From the NCBI RefSeq assembly GCF_036321535.1, contig NC_087437.1:13952001-14016000 (forward strand): a DNA stretch of 64,000 bases, given 5' to 3'. Within the stretch, counting starts at the first letter, position 1, and each line of letters begins with the position of its first letter. A model generated the notes under the pieces. It was given only the letters and a program-made list of their open reading frames with translations, ran no database searches and was not told where the DNA came from. Source of the DNA: Camelus dromedarius. Lineage: Eukaryota. This document shows positions 51,690 to 63,975 of this stretch, in pieces. The position numbers and the translations under genes are program-made.

Positions 51690-52180
51690 CAGGGCTGTGC
51701 TGGCCGGCACAGTGGCCACTGGCCGCAAATGACTCCTGAGCACTTGAAATCTGTCTAAGGAATTAAATTTGTAATTTAACTTTAATCAATTTACTTAAAT
51801 TTATAAACTGATGCTCAATTCAGTTTTTGAGAACTCTTAAGTATGTTTGGAACAATGTGAGTCCGTGAATCTACTTTTCCAACCGTAAATTTTATGAAAG
51901 CTACAGTTAACTTTTCACAGTTCAAGTATTTCTGCTGAAAATTTAGCTTCCAAATTGAGGTGTGTTGTAATTATAAAATAGACTCTGGATTTTGCGGGCA
52001 AAGTACAAAATATTGGTAATTTTGCATATTAGCTACTTGCTGAAATGATAATATTTGAATATATAAGGTTAAATAAAATATATTGTTAAAATTAACTTTT
52101 CATGTTTCTTTTTTACTTTTTTAAACGTGTGGCACTAGACAACGCAACATCACACACGTGGCAGGCGTTCTGTTCAGCGC
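51690..52180 (-). mobile_element. MER33/Charlie1-family hAT DNA transposon remnant
   Basis: tgagcacttgaaat...tgaaatgataatattt...ggttaaataaaatatattgttaaaattaac...tttcttttttacttttttaa. Confidence 0.75.
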
Positions 52181-52520
52181 AGGCCGGGCGGGCCGGGCAG
52201 CCAGGCGAGTGCGCGGACTGAGCGGCGGGTCAGTGGGGTCGCGCTCCCTCCCAGTGTCCCCTCCTGGCGAGACCCTCCAGGCTTCCTCGTCTTCCTGGCG
52301 GATTCCCCCCAGCTCACATCAACCGCCTCCTCCTGGTGTTCGCAGCCAGACACCCGAAAACAGACCCGATCGGGATTCGTCGGGAAGCCAGTCTCTCGCC
52401 TGGGCCCCGGTTTCCCAGAATTCCTGGTACGACGGTTACCGCTGACGTCACAATCACCGGGGCGGGGCGGGGCGGGGTGGGGCGGGGCGACGTCACAATT
52501 TCCGGGGCGGGGCGGCTGAG
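52150..52520. promoter_or_regulatory. CpG island / promoter-like element with CRE, GC boxes and ETS-like site
   Basis: Dense CpG; TGACGTCA 52443-52450; GGGGCG arrays 52459-52488 and ~52504-52515; second GACGTCA 52489-52495; TTCCGG 52500-52505. Confidence 0.75.
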
Positions 52521-52919
52521 TCTCCATCAAATGCCTGTGGGATTCAGATGCTCAGCCACGGTTGAGAATTGCAGGTGTAGGTCTTCACCTGAGAGTCTGC
52601 TCGGCCAGTGAGTGAACACGAGCCTGTGCTGCTACACTTCTGACGGAGACGAGAGCCAGCTTCCTGGCGTCCCCGCGCTCCGCAGCTGGAGGACTTCCAG
52701 GCGCACATTCAGCAGGTAGTTTAGTGAGGGCCTAGCACTTACGCCGCGGGTATAGACACTAAGGGTATAGCAGTGAGCGAAGCGGACGAAAACCCCTCTC
52801 TGCCAAAGCGCATTTTTTAGTGGAGAATGGGGCAAAAATAAGCCAAACAAAAAAAGATACTTAACTATGTTACGTGATGAGAGTTCTCAGAAGAAAGCCA
52901 AACCAGGAAAGGTGGTAAG

Positions 52920-52921
<2 letters not shown>

Positions 52922-52968
<47 letters not shown>
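52922..52968. repeat. (GT)n microsatellite within a decayed L2 (~52700-53100, minus)
   Basis: ~23 perfect GT units; flanking ctaggcaaagggggaagcaaatgcaaaggctctgaggtagga is L2-like. Confidence 0.9.
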
Positions 52969-52970
<2 letters not shown>

Positions 52971-53634
52971 GGGCATTGACATTTAGGTGAGGTGATCACA
53001 GAGGGAACGCTAAGCCAGCCTTGAGAATATGGGGTTGGGGAGAGCCTTCTAGGCAAAGGGGGAAGCAAATGCAAAGGCTCTGAGGTAGGACCTTGGCCTT
53101 GAAGTTACCATGGAGTTCTTTAATTGGGCCACCTCTTAACTTGTAAGGCTGAAGTTTGCTCAAGGCTTCTGGATGCTGGAAGCTGCCACCCAGGAGGAGC
53201 AGTGGGCAGCACCAGCTGGTCCTGAAGGATGAGGGGAGGGAAGAGTGGGGTCGGAATCTACCTGGCGATGTGGTGAGACCATTGCCCTAATGACGTTCTC
53301 TACCTCGTATAACTTGATGTGCCATTTTGAAACTTGAATTTGCTCTTGTCAACTTAAAGGATCACAGGGGATTTGAAGATGGACTAAGTAGCTTCTAGAC
53401 CAGATCCTGTGGCCAGAAGGCGGCCCTATTTTCACCCAAAATACTCCTTGCTAAAGAGGTCTCAGCCTCTCACTGGAGGTGCTGCATGCTTTCAACCAGC
53501 TGACCAGGAGCTGGGAGCGTCTTCCATCCCTAGCCAGGAGCACCCATCTGGCAGGGGGATGTGGGCTTGAGGCTGTCTGTCTGTCCAACTGGACTGGGCC
53601 TGAGTGCCTAGGGACAGGTAGCTTGTTAACGGGT

Positions 53635-53812
53635 GTTTTTTTTTTTTTTTTTTAACGTAGTACTTAGTTTTTATTGAGGTATAATTAACATCACCTTATA
53701 TTACTTCTAGTTGTACATTTTGATTGGATTTTTTTTAACATTTTTTATTGATTTATAATTATTTTACAATGTTGTGTCAAATTCCAGTGTAGAGCACAAT
53801 TTTTCAACAGTT
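53635..53812 (-). mobile_element. Two stacked short L1 3' tails
   Basis: ttttattgaggtataattaacat...; then ttttttattgatttataattattttacaatgttgtgtcaaattccagtgtagagcaca (same tail type as 10867-10954). Confidence 0.7.
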
Positions 53813-55020
53813 GGGTTTTGATTTTCTTTAATGCATGCAAATGATCAAAGGTAAAACTAGAATAGCCTAACTTCCTGGAAGTAGGTGGAGCCTTTCCCTT
53901 GTTCACAGTGAGAGAGGTTTGGAATTGATGGCCCCAGCCTGTTGGGATAAGTGAGAAAACCGAGGAATGCTCTTTTTTGCACATTTGTTTCTCGTAAGAG
54001 TGTCCTATTTTAACAGGAAACAATAAATATTGTTTCTAATTGAAAAAACGTCTGAGCTATCAGAGGAACAGCGGAAGGCCAATGTAGCTGGCGTGGGGTA
54101 AGGAAAAAGAGTGGGAGAAACTGAAGTCAGAGAGGTCAGGGCAATGGGGAGGGGAGGCATTTGCAGTGTCCACTTTCACCCATTTAACGTGTGAAGGGTC
54201 GTAACAGCCATCAACCCTGAGGGTGAAGTGGTGCTGGGAAAATGCTTTCTGGGGCCCCCATCCACGTGCCCTTTCTCCATCTGATCAGTGCTTACTCAGC
54301 AGTTCTGAGAGAGGCGCTGCTCCAGGACGGTCACTCTGTGTTCACGTATTTTGGGGTGAAGATAAGTAGAAAGAAGCCTTTGTTTCACAGAGCTTAACGC
54401 AACCACACCCTTATACTAGGATGTTCATGGATTTTCTTCATGATAAACACATAATCACAATGAGAGATATGGAAAAAAAGAGAAATAAAAATACTGTGGC
54501 AGGATCATAAACCCTGAATGCTCTTTGTCTGCCCTGAATGAAGTGAGGAAACTTCCCAGGATACAGTTTATTTGGAAAATTGGAAAATTCTAATAGCTAC
54601 CGAACATGGTTTTGTTTTTCTTAGGTATCCTGACTTCTCTCTGTACTTAGCTCATCACAGCACTCTGACTAATTCGATTGGATTCCACATCAGGAAACTT
54701 TAAAAAGTAAATGTGCATTTCCTGGATTGTTAAATACTCTGACACATCATTTCTTTTTTTGGTATAATTTCTGTACAGTAAACCACACATATTTCAGATC
54801 TACAATTTGATGTATTTTGATAGATGTCTGCACCTATGAAACCACCACCACAATCAAGATAGTTAACATTTCCATTTCTCCCCAAGAGGTGCAAATTTCA
54901 AGCTCCCAATTTATCCCTTCTCACCTCCTTTAGTCCCTGGTGACCATAAGTCTGATATCTATGCCTGTGAGTCTCTTTCTGTTTTGTAAATAAGTTCATT
55001 TGGTTTTTGTTTTTTTTTTT

Positions 55021-58000
55021 TTAGATTTCACATATGAGTGGTATCATATGATATTTTTCTTTCTCTTTCTGGCTTACTTCACTTAGAATGACGATCTCCA
55101 GGTCTATCCATGTTGCTGCAAATGGCATTATTTTAATGTTTTTTATGGCTGAATAGTATTCCATTATATAAATATACCACATCTTTATTCAGTCATGTGT
55201 CGATGGACATTTAGGTTATTTCCATGTCTTGGCTGTTGTAAATAGTGCTGCTGTGAACATTGGGATGCATGTTTCTGAATTATATTATTCTCCGGATATA
55301 TGCCCAGGAGTGGGATTGCTGGATCATATAGTAAGTTTATTTTTAGCTTTATAAGGAACCTCCATACTGTCTTCCATTGTGGTTGTACTAATTTACATTC
55401 ATACCAACAGTGTAGGAAGGTTCCTTTTTCTCCACACCGTCTCCAGCATTTATCATTTGTGGACTTTTTATTGATGGCCATTCTGACTGGTATGAGGTGA
55501 TATCTCATTGTTGTTTTGATTTGCATTGCTCTGGCAATTAGCCATGTTGAGCATCCTTTCATGTGCTTGTTGGCCATTTAGATGTCCTCTTTGGAGAGAT
55601 GTCTATTTAGGTCTTCTGCCCACTTTTGGTTGGGTTGCTTCTTTTTTTTTTTTTTAAGTGTATGAGCTGTATATTTTGGAAATTAGTCACTTGTCAGTTG
55701 CATGATTTGCAAACACTTTCTCCCATTCCGTAGATTGTCTTTTCGTTTTCTTGATGATATCCTTAGCTGTGCAAAAGCTTTTAAGTTTAATTAGATCCTA
55801 TTTATTTATTTTTGCTTTTATTGCCATTACTCCAGGGGCAGGTTCAGAAAATGTATTGCTGCGATTTATGTCCAAGAGTATTCTGCCTATGTTTTCCTCT
55901 AGGAGTTTTATAGTATCTGGTCTTATATTTACATCTTTAATCCATTTTGAGTTTCTTTTTGTATATGGTGTTAGAGAATGTTGTAATTTCAGTCTTTTAC
56001 AGGTAGCTGTCCAGTTTTCCCAGCACCACTTACTGAAGAGACTGTTTTTTATCCATTGTATATTCTTGCCTCCTTTGTCATAGATTAATTGACCGTAAGT
56101 GTGTGAGTTTATTTCCGGGCTTTCTATCCTGTTCCATTGATCTATGTGTCTATTTTTGTGCCAGTACCATACTGTTTTGATTACTGTAGCTTTGTAGTAT
56201 AGTCTGAAGTCAGGGAGCATGATTCCCAAAGATATGTTCTCCTTTTTCAAGAATATTTTGGCTATTCAATTTCTTCTATATTTTTATACAAAATTTAACT
56301 TTTTTTGTTTCAGATCTATGAAAAATGTCACTGGTAATTTGATAGGGATTGCACTGAATATGTATATTGCCTTGGGTAGTATGGCCATTTTAACAGTATT
56401 GATTCTTCCAATTGAAGGACACAGTATCTGTTTCCATTTGTTTATGTCATCTTTAGTTTCTTTCATCAGTGTCTTACAGTTTTCAGAGTACAGGTCCTTT
56501 GCCTCCTAAGGTAGGTTTATTCCTAGGTATTTTATTCTTTTTGGTGCAATGGTAAATGGTTTTGTTTCTTTAATCTCTTTTTCTGCTATTTGGTTATTAG
56601 TGTATAGAAATGCAACTGATTTCTGTGTATTAATTTTGTATCCTGCAACTTTACCAAATTCATTGGTGAGCTCTGGTAGTTTTCTGGTCATTTCTTTAGG
56701 GTTTTCTATATAGAGTATCACGTCATCTGCAAACAGTTAGTTTTACTTCTTCTTTTCCAGTTTGGATTCCTTTTATTTCTTTTTCTTCTCTGATTGCTAT
56801 GGCTAGGACTTCCAAGACTATGTTGAATAAAAGTGGCAAGAGTGGGCATCCTTTTTTGTTCCTGTTCTTAGAAGAAATGCTTTCAGCTTATCCCAATTAA
56901 GTAAGATGTTAGCTGTGCATTTGTCATATATTGTCTTTATTATGTTGAGGTATGTTCTGTCTATGCCCACTTTCTGGAGAGTTTTTATCATAAATGATGT
57001 TGAATTTTATCAAAAGCTTTTTCTGCATCTGTTGAGATGATCATATGGTTTTTATTCTTCAGTTTGTTAATGTGGTGTATCACATTGATTGATTTGTGGA
57101 TATTGGAAAAATCCTCGCATTCCTGGGATAAATCCCACTTGATCATGTTGTATGATCCTTTTCATGAATTGTTGGAGCCAATTTGCTAGTATTTTGTTGA
57201 GGATTTTTGCATCTATATTCATAAGTGTTATTGGCCTATAATTTTTTTGGTATCTTTGTCTGGTTTTGATATCAGCATAATATCAGAATGAGTGGAGAAG
57301 TGTTCCTTCTTCTGCAATTTTTGGGAATAGTTTCAGAAGCTATATAGTTAATTCTTCTCTATAAATGTTTGGTAGAATTCACCTGTGAAGTCTTCTGGTC
57401 CTGGACTTTTGTTTGTTTTGAGTTATTAAATTACTGATTCAACTTCAGTACTGGTAATTGGTCTATTCATATTGCCTATTTCTTCCTGATTCAGTCTTGG
57501 CAAATTGTACCTTTCTAAGAAGTGTCCGTTTCTTCAAGGTTGTCCTTTTTTTTGGCTTATAGTTGGTCATAATAACCTCTTCTGATCCCTTGTATTTCTG
57601 TGATGTTGGCTGTGACTTCTCCTTTTTCATTTCTGATTTTATTGATTTGGCTCTCTCCCTTTTTTTCTTGATGAGTCTAACTAAAGGTTTATCAATTTTG
57701 TTTATCTTTTCAAGAAACCAGCTGTTACTTTCATTGACTTTTTCCATTGTTTTTTAGTCTCTATTTCATTTATTTCTGCTCTAGTCTTTATGATTTCTTT
57801 CCTTCTACTAACTTTGGATTTTGTTTGTTCTTTCTCTGTTTGTTTTAGGTATAAGGCTAGGTTGTTTATTTGAGATTTTCCTGTTTCCTGAGGTAGGCTT
57901 GTATCTCTATAAACTTTCTTATTAGAACTGCTTTTGCTGCATCCCAGAGGTTTTGGATCATTATGTTTTTATTTTAATTTGTCTCAAAGTATTTTTTGAT

Positions 58001-58836
58001 TTCCTCTTTGATTTCTTTAGTGATCCATTGGTAGTTTAATAGCATATTGGTTAGCCTCCATGTATTTGTGGTTTTTGCAGTTTTTTTTTGCTTCTTGTAG
58101 TTGATTTCTAACCTCATAGCATTGTGCTTGGAAAAGATGTTTGGTATGATTTCAGTTTTCTTAAATTTACCAAGGCTAGCTTTGTGGGCCAGCATGTGGT
58201 TGATTCTGAACGATGTTCCATGTGCACTTCAGAAGAATGTGTATTCTGTTGCTTTTGGATGGAATGCTCTGTAGATACTAATTAAGTCCATCTGGTCTAA
58301 TGTGCTATTTAGGGCCTGTATTTCCTTACTGATTTTCTGTCTGTATGATCTGTCCATTAATGTAAGTGGGGTGTTAAGGTCCCCCATTGTTATTGTGTTA
58401 CTGTCTATTTCTCCTTTTATGTCTACTAACATATATAGAACATATATGTCTGTTCTTATATATTGAAGTGCTCCCACGTTGGGTGCATATATATTTACAA
58501 TTGTTATTTCTTCTTGGACTGATCCTTTGAGCATTATGTAGTGTCCTTCTTTGTTTCTTTTAACAGTCTTTATTTTAAAGACTTTATTTTAATCTATTTT
58601 GTCTGAAATAAGTATTGCTACTCCAGTTTTCTTTGGTTTTCATTTGCATGGAATATCTTTTTCCATCCCCTTACTTTCAGCCTGTATGTGTCTCTAGCTC
58701 TGAAGTAAGTCTCTTATAGATAGCGTACATATGGGTTTTCTTTTTGTGTCCATTCAGCCAATCTGTGTCTTTTGGCTGGAGTGTTTAATCTGTTTACATT
58801 TAAGTTAATCATTGATATGTATGTTCTTATTGCCAT
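55021..58836 (-). pseudogene. L1 ORF2 (endonuclease/reverse transcriptase), disrupted by frameshifts and stops
   Basis: Start MAIRTYISMINLNVNRLN at 58836; [40 protein letters not shown] motifs; ends ...LICEI TAA at 55021-55023. Confidence 0.9.
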
Positions 58837-59093
58837 TTTGTTAATTGTTTTGGGATTTTTTTTGTAGGTCTTTTTTTCTCTTCTTTTTGTTCTCTTCTTT
58901 TGTGATTTAATGACTGTACAGTTATATTGGTTTGCAGTTACCATGAGGTTTTGGTATAGAAGTCTATATGTATACAAGATTGTTTTAAGCTGCTGATCTC
59001 TTAATTTCAAATGCATTTAGATACCCTGAATTTGTACCCTCCTCGCCTCACGATTACTTTTCTTGTGTCTAGTTGTAGCTTTTTCTTTTTTAC

Positions 59094-59936
59094 CTAGAGA
59101 AGTTCCTTTAATATTTGTTATAAAGCTGATTTAGTGGCACTGAATTCTTTTAGCTTTTGTTTATCTGTGAAGTTTTTGATTTCTCCATCAAATCTGAATG
59201 AGAGCCTTGCTGGATAGAGTATTCTTGGTTGTAAGTTTTTCCCTTTCATCACTTCAGATATATCACACCATTCCCTTCTGGCCTGTAGAGTTTCTGCTGA
59301 AAAAACAACTGATAACCTGATGGGAGTTCCCTTGTATGTTATTTGTTGCTTTTCTCTTGTTGGTTTTAATATTTTCTCCTTATCTTTAATTTTTGTCTAT
59401 TTGATTTCCATGTGCCTCTGTGTGTTCTTTTTTGGGTTAATTCTCTGTGGACTCTGTGATTCCTGGACTTCAGTGACTTTTTCCTTTCCCAAGTTAGGGA
59501 AAATTTCAGGTATTATTTCTCAGGTCCTTACTCTCTCTCTTCTCTTTCTGGGACCCTTAAAATGCAAATATTCGTGTACTTCATGTTGTCCCAGAGTTCT
59601 TTCTCTTAAACTATCCTTTCTTTTCATTCTTTTTTTCTTTTTTCTGTTCTGCAGTAGTGATATCCACTAATCTGCCTTCTAGGTCATTGACCTGTTCTTC
59701 TGCCTCATTTAGTCTATTTTTGGTTCCTTCTGATGTGTTATTCATTTCAATGATTTTAATTCTTTGCTAAAAACTTCACTCTATGCAACTATACTCCTCC
59801 CAAGTTCTCTGAACATTTTCACCATCATTACTCTAAACTCTTTCTTGGGTAGATTGCCTCTCTCTTCATCACTTATTTCCTCTTCTGGGATTTTATCTTG
59901 TGCCTTGGCCTGGAAGGTATTCCTCTGCCACCTCAT
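59094..59936 (-). pseudogene. L1 ORF1, disrupted
   Basis: Manual translation MRWQRNTFQAKAQDKIPEEEISDEERGNLPKKEFRVMMVKMFREL...; C-terminus AL*QILKELL*. Confidence 0.75.
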
Positions 59937-61234
59937 ATTGTCTAAATTTCTTTTTGTATTTTTATGTAGGTTAGTTACATTTCTCAGTCTTGGAGAGGTG
60001 GCCCTCTGTGGGAGATGCCCTGTGCATCCCAGCAGTGCACTCCTCTCCTGTCACCCAAGGGCCAGGGTCCAGCAGGTGCCAGGGTAGAGGCTGGCCTGCA
60101 TTTGCAGATTCCTTCCACAGGCTTTGGGATTGTTGTTTTCTTACTTCTGGTATCTGCCCCCTGGTGACTGAGGCTGGACTAGAGGCTAATGCAGGTTTCC
60201 TGGCAGGAGAAGCCAGTGCCTGCCCACTGCTGGGTGGAGCTTGGTCCTGGCCTTCTGGTGGGTAGTATCTAGAGGTGGCTCTGGGCTTAGGAAGTCTACT
60301 GATGGGTGGTGCTGTGTTCCCACCCAGTATGTTATTTGGCTTGAGGCTTCCCAGTCCTTAAGCCTACAGGCTGTTGGGTGGGGCTAGATCTTGGTGCTAA
60401 TGACCCAAGCAAGATGTCAGTCTCCAGGAAAGTTCATGTAGATGAACACTCCCTGAATTTCCACCACCAGCTTTTATGTCCCCAGTGTGAGCCACAGCTT
60501 CCCCCTAGATCCTTAGGAGACCTTCCAAAACCAGCAGGCAGGTCTGGCCCAGATTCCTACAAGTCACTGCCTCTGCCCTTGGACCTGGTGCATGCGAGAT
60601 TCTATGTATGCTTCCCTAGAGGATGAAGTCTCTGTTTGCCCCAGTCCCATGGGGCTCCTGGAGTTGAGCCCTGCTGGCCTTCAAAACCAGATGTCCCTGG
60701 GGTCTCCTCCTCCTTCCAATGCTGGAACCCCAAGCTGGAGAGCCTGATGTGGAGGTCGGAACTTTTCAATCCTATGGGAGGGCTTCTGTGACTTAATTAC
60801 TCTTTAGCTTGTAGGTCGCCCACACATGAGGAATGGGGCCCAGTTATATTGTGAGCACACCCCTCTTACCAAGTCCTGCTGTGGTTCTCTCTTTATGTTT
60901 CCAGTTAAATAAGATCTTTTTTGCTGGGTCCCAGTTTTATTTTATTTTTTTTAATGGTTGTTTAGCAGCCAGTTGTGGTTTTGTTGTAGTCCTAGACATC
61001 TGTTTCATCAACTGATTTGCCCAAACTGCTGTGTGCCCCCCGCTGCTGGGGCACCAATGTCCTTTCAAGCCCCATTGTTTCTCCCACTACCTGTAACCCA
61101 CTCTGGGTTCTGCCACCCAACCTCTGTGTTCACAGGCTGGTGCTCAGGCTTCTTTGTTCTGCTTGCAGACCTATGGTTAGATGCCTTGCCCTCTCACCAC
61201 TCCAAATCAGGGATCAGGTGAGCATCTACGCACA

Positions 61235-61830
61235 TGAATTCATTCGTTCATTCACTCACTCATCAGTCATACTTTTTTTTGAGCGCGTCATGGAAGCCAG
61301 GCGTGGTTCCAGTACACACGAAAGGTGAGCTAAGTGACTATAGGTGGGAAGAAACTGAGGCTTGCCCTCTAGTGAGAAGACAGACCATAGATAAGTAGAT
61401 AAGACATATGTCAAGTGATCAGAAATGTGAAAAGAACAGCAGAGAAAGAGATGGAGAGTGACAGAGTGGGTGGTGCTTGTCCAGAACAAGTGGTCCAGAA
61501 AGGACCTTTCGACAAGGTGATGTTGGAGTAGGTCTCTGGGCATCTCAGGGTGGGTCTTTCCAGGCAGAGAAGGCAGTGAGAAGCAAGACTCCGAGGCCTG
61601 GCTGTGGCTGTGGCTGTTGGAGCAGCAGCCCCGAGGTTGTTTGGAGGGAGGTAGGCGGGCGGGTGCGGAGGGCTGGGGACAAGCTCGGGTGGAACCCTGT
61701 CGGGCCAAGGCAAGGACCTAGCATTTTATTCCTAGTGAGATGGAAAGCCACTGCAACATTCGAGAGGGCCATGCTGGCTACTGTGAGAACAGACTGGCAG
61801 GCCAGTTAGGAGACTTCCACAGCAAGCCAG
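61235..61830 (-). mobile_element. L2 LINE fragment
   Basis: tgaattcattcgttcattcactca tail; ccaggcagagaaggcagtgagaagcaagactccgagg; gatggaaagccactg. Confidence 0.7.
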
Positions 61831-63529
61831 GCAAAAGAAATGGCGAAATATGTGCAACAGGCAGACACCAGCCCCAGGCACTGACAGGAGGCCGGCTGCT
61901 TGGCCCGCAGCCCTTTGGCGCCGCTCCTTGTTGGGGGTGGTCAGCAGGTGCCGGGGAAAGGGAGAGGTCTGGCCAGGTCTTACCTGGCTTGACTAAAACC
62001 AAGCATTTGTTCATAGCAGGCGTTTTCTTAAATACATTTCATTTTATAATATCCTTTATTTAAGAACTGTACTCGTTTAAATCCGAAGCCTGGGTAAGAA
62101 GTTTCCTCCTTTTAAATTTCCACAGACTGTTGTAGCGGAATTTAAGAGTGAGAGAAGTGTTTCCTGGCAAGTCTTATGTAAGCGACGTGCTGCTGTCCGC
62201 CTTTTCTGCCTTCACCCACTTTGGTTCTCCTGGACAGAATGTGCGTGTGCCTGTGACACGTACACGGAACAGAGTCCCGGGAAGGGCTGGGTGACGTGGG
62301 CCTTGCGAAAGCCTTGTGAGTAACAGGTTGATGAGGAAATCAGCTCCTCCATGATTTGCTTAACTTTCTTTTGTGTGTTCTCAAAGGTCAGAACATCAAC
62401 TACCGAAGATCTTAACTGGCTGCTCCCCTGGACAGGCACTGCCACGCCTTCTGTGGGTGCTCTCCTGTAGAGCCTTGTGGTGCCTTCCGGTCGGGCAGTC
62501 ACGGCCCCTCCTCCCCTGCTGATGCCCAGTTGGCAAATCTTGGAGAGGCCTTAGTGAGCAAAGCCCTGACTGGTGAGCTCTCCCTTTCTTCCTGCCTTCC
62601 TGCCGTGAAGTTACTCTATAGGGCCACTTCTCATTTTCAACCCGTGTGGGTTAAAATGTCTGGTGACCCTGAGTGATGCCTAGTGACCCTTAGTGGCTCC
62701 CAGTGACAGCCTGAGGAGACCTCAGAAATGGCCCTGACACTCCCAACGTTTCCAGCCAGCCACTCACTCACTGTGCCTGAGGCAAAGGTCCCTTGATCTC
62801 ACTTCATCCTTGGGAGATTGGAATTTTCCCTTTCAAAATAACCTTTATTATTCTTTTTTACCATTATTTTAATCTGAATAAATCAAGGGTAAGGGAGAGA
62901 GGTGAATATTGCATGGGGGGACTTGCCTCAGGCTTGACTACATACATGATAAAAATAAATCAACTGAAACAAGTTAGGCACAAATTTAGCCAGTTTTCTT
63001 CAAAGAAGAAAAAGTTATCACAAAATTACAACTACCAGATGTAACTTTTAATTCAAATTCTTCAGAAACAATTCTGATTTCTTCTCAGTCACAACTTTTA
63101 AAACTAGTAATAAAGTTGAATAGCTTGGGTTATAAGATTTTATCCACTTTAAATAAAGATGCCATATAATACTTTATTGTGGTTCACAAATATCAAAGTG
63201 CCTCTATATGGCTTCGGTGATTCCTACACAAGCCCTCAGTAGATAAGGGTCCTCTAAGTTTAAAAGTTAATTCCAACGTTGAGAAAGAAATACGAGGTGC
63301 AGCGACGTTAAGGTTCAAAGGCAAATGTTTAAGACGCCCACACGGCACCCAAGGAATCGGAACGCAGGTCTTCGTCGAAGGCCTGCTCCCCACCCCCACT
63401 CCAAGAAGACATTTAAGTTATGACTGAAATAAGCTCTGCACATCAGCAAATCCATGTGATGTGTATGCTTTCTAATAAGAGTTTGAAAGTTTTTTGAAAT
63501 CAAAATATTTTCACTTGAAAATTTAAAAA

Positions 63530-63975
63530 ATTTGTGTTACTATTCCAATGGCATCCACACAAACTAAAAAGGTAACAAGAAACAGGTAAAATTAAGTTAA
63601 ATGATAATTTAATTCAGTATATCCAAAATAATACCATTTCAACACGTAATCAATATTAAAAAAGTATTAATGAGACATTTAACCTTTTTTTCATACTAAG
63701 TCTTCAAAATCTGGTGTGCATTTTACACTTTCTTAATTTGGATGCTAGGTTTTCATTCAAAAAACTTGCTCTGCATTTAGATTTCATAAAATTTACATTT
63801 GCAAAAGATGATTCACATACCCAAGTTAGTCCAAACATGCTTAAAAGTTTTCCAGTAACTGAGTTGAGAATCTGTGTTTAAATTAAGTACAATTTAAGAA
63901 AATTAAAAATTCAGTTCCTGGTTGTGCTGGCCACGATTTAGGTCCTCAGGACTCACACATGGCCCAGCAGTGGTA
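63530..63975 (+). mobile_element. MER33/Charlie1-family hAT DNA transposon remnant
   Basis: aagaaacaggtaaaattaa...tatatccaaaataataccatttcaacacgtaatcaata...catactaagtcttcaaaatctggtgtgcattttacactt. Confidence 0.8.

Larger units (their letters stand above)
54750..60980 (-). mobile_element. Near-full-length, inactivated LINE-1 (5' UTR, ORF1, ORF2, 3' UTR)
   Basis: Collinear L1 ORF2 peptides across minus-strand ORFs 55185-59016; ORF1 and a GC-richer 5' UTR upstream. Confidence 0.95.

Noticed and set aside
52158..52611. Overlapping ORFs in the CpG island (also at 36474-36891)
   Set aside because: Expected from stop-codon scarcity in GC-rich DNA; the peptides are low-complexity Pro/Arg/Gly.
55300..60626. 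+ strand ORFs over the L1
   Set aside because: Antisense frames of L1 sequence, not genes.
62212..62502. 96-aa minus-strand ORF considered as an ACAD11 exon or retrogene
   Set aside because: It does not match the ACAD11 sequence I recall or any family I recognise.
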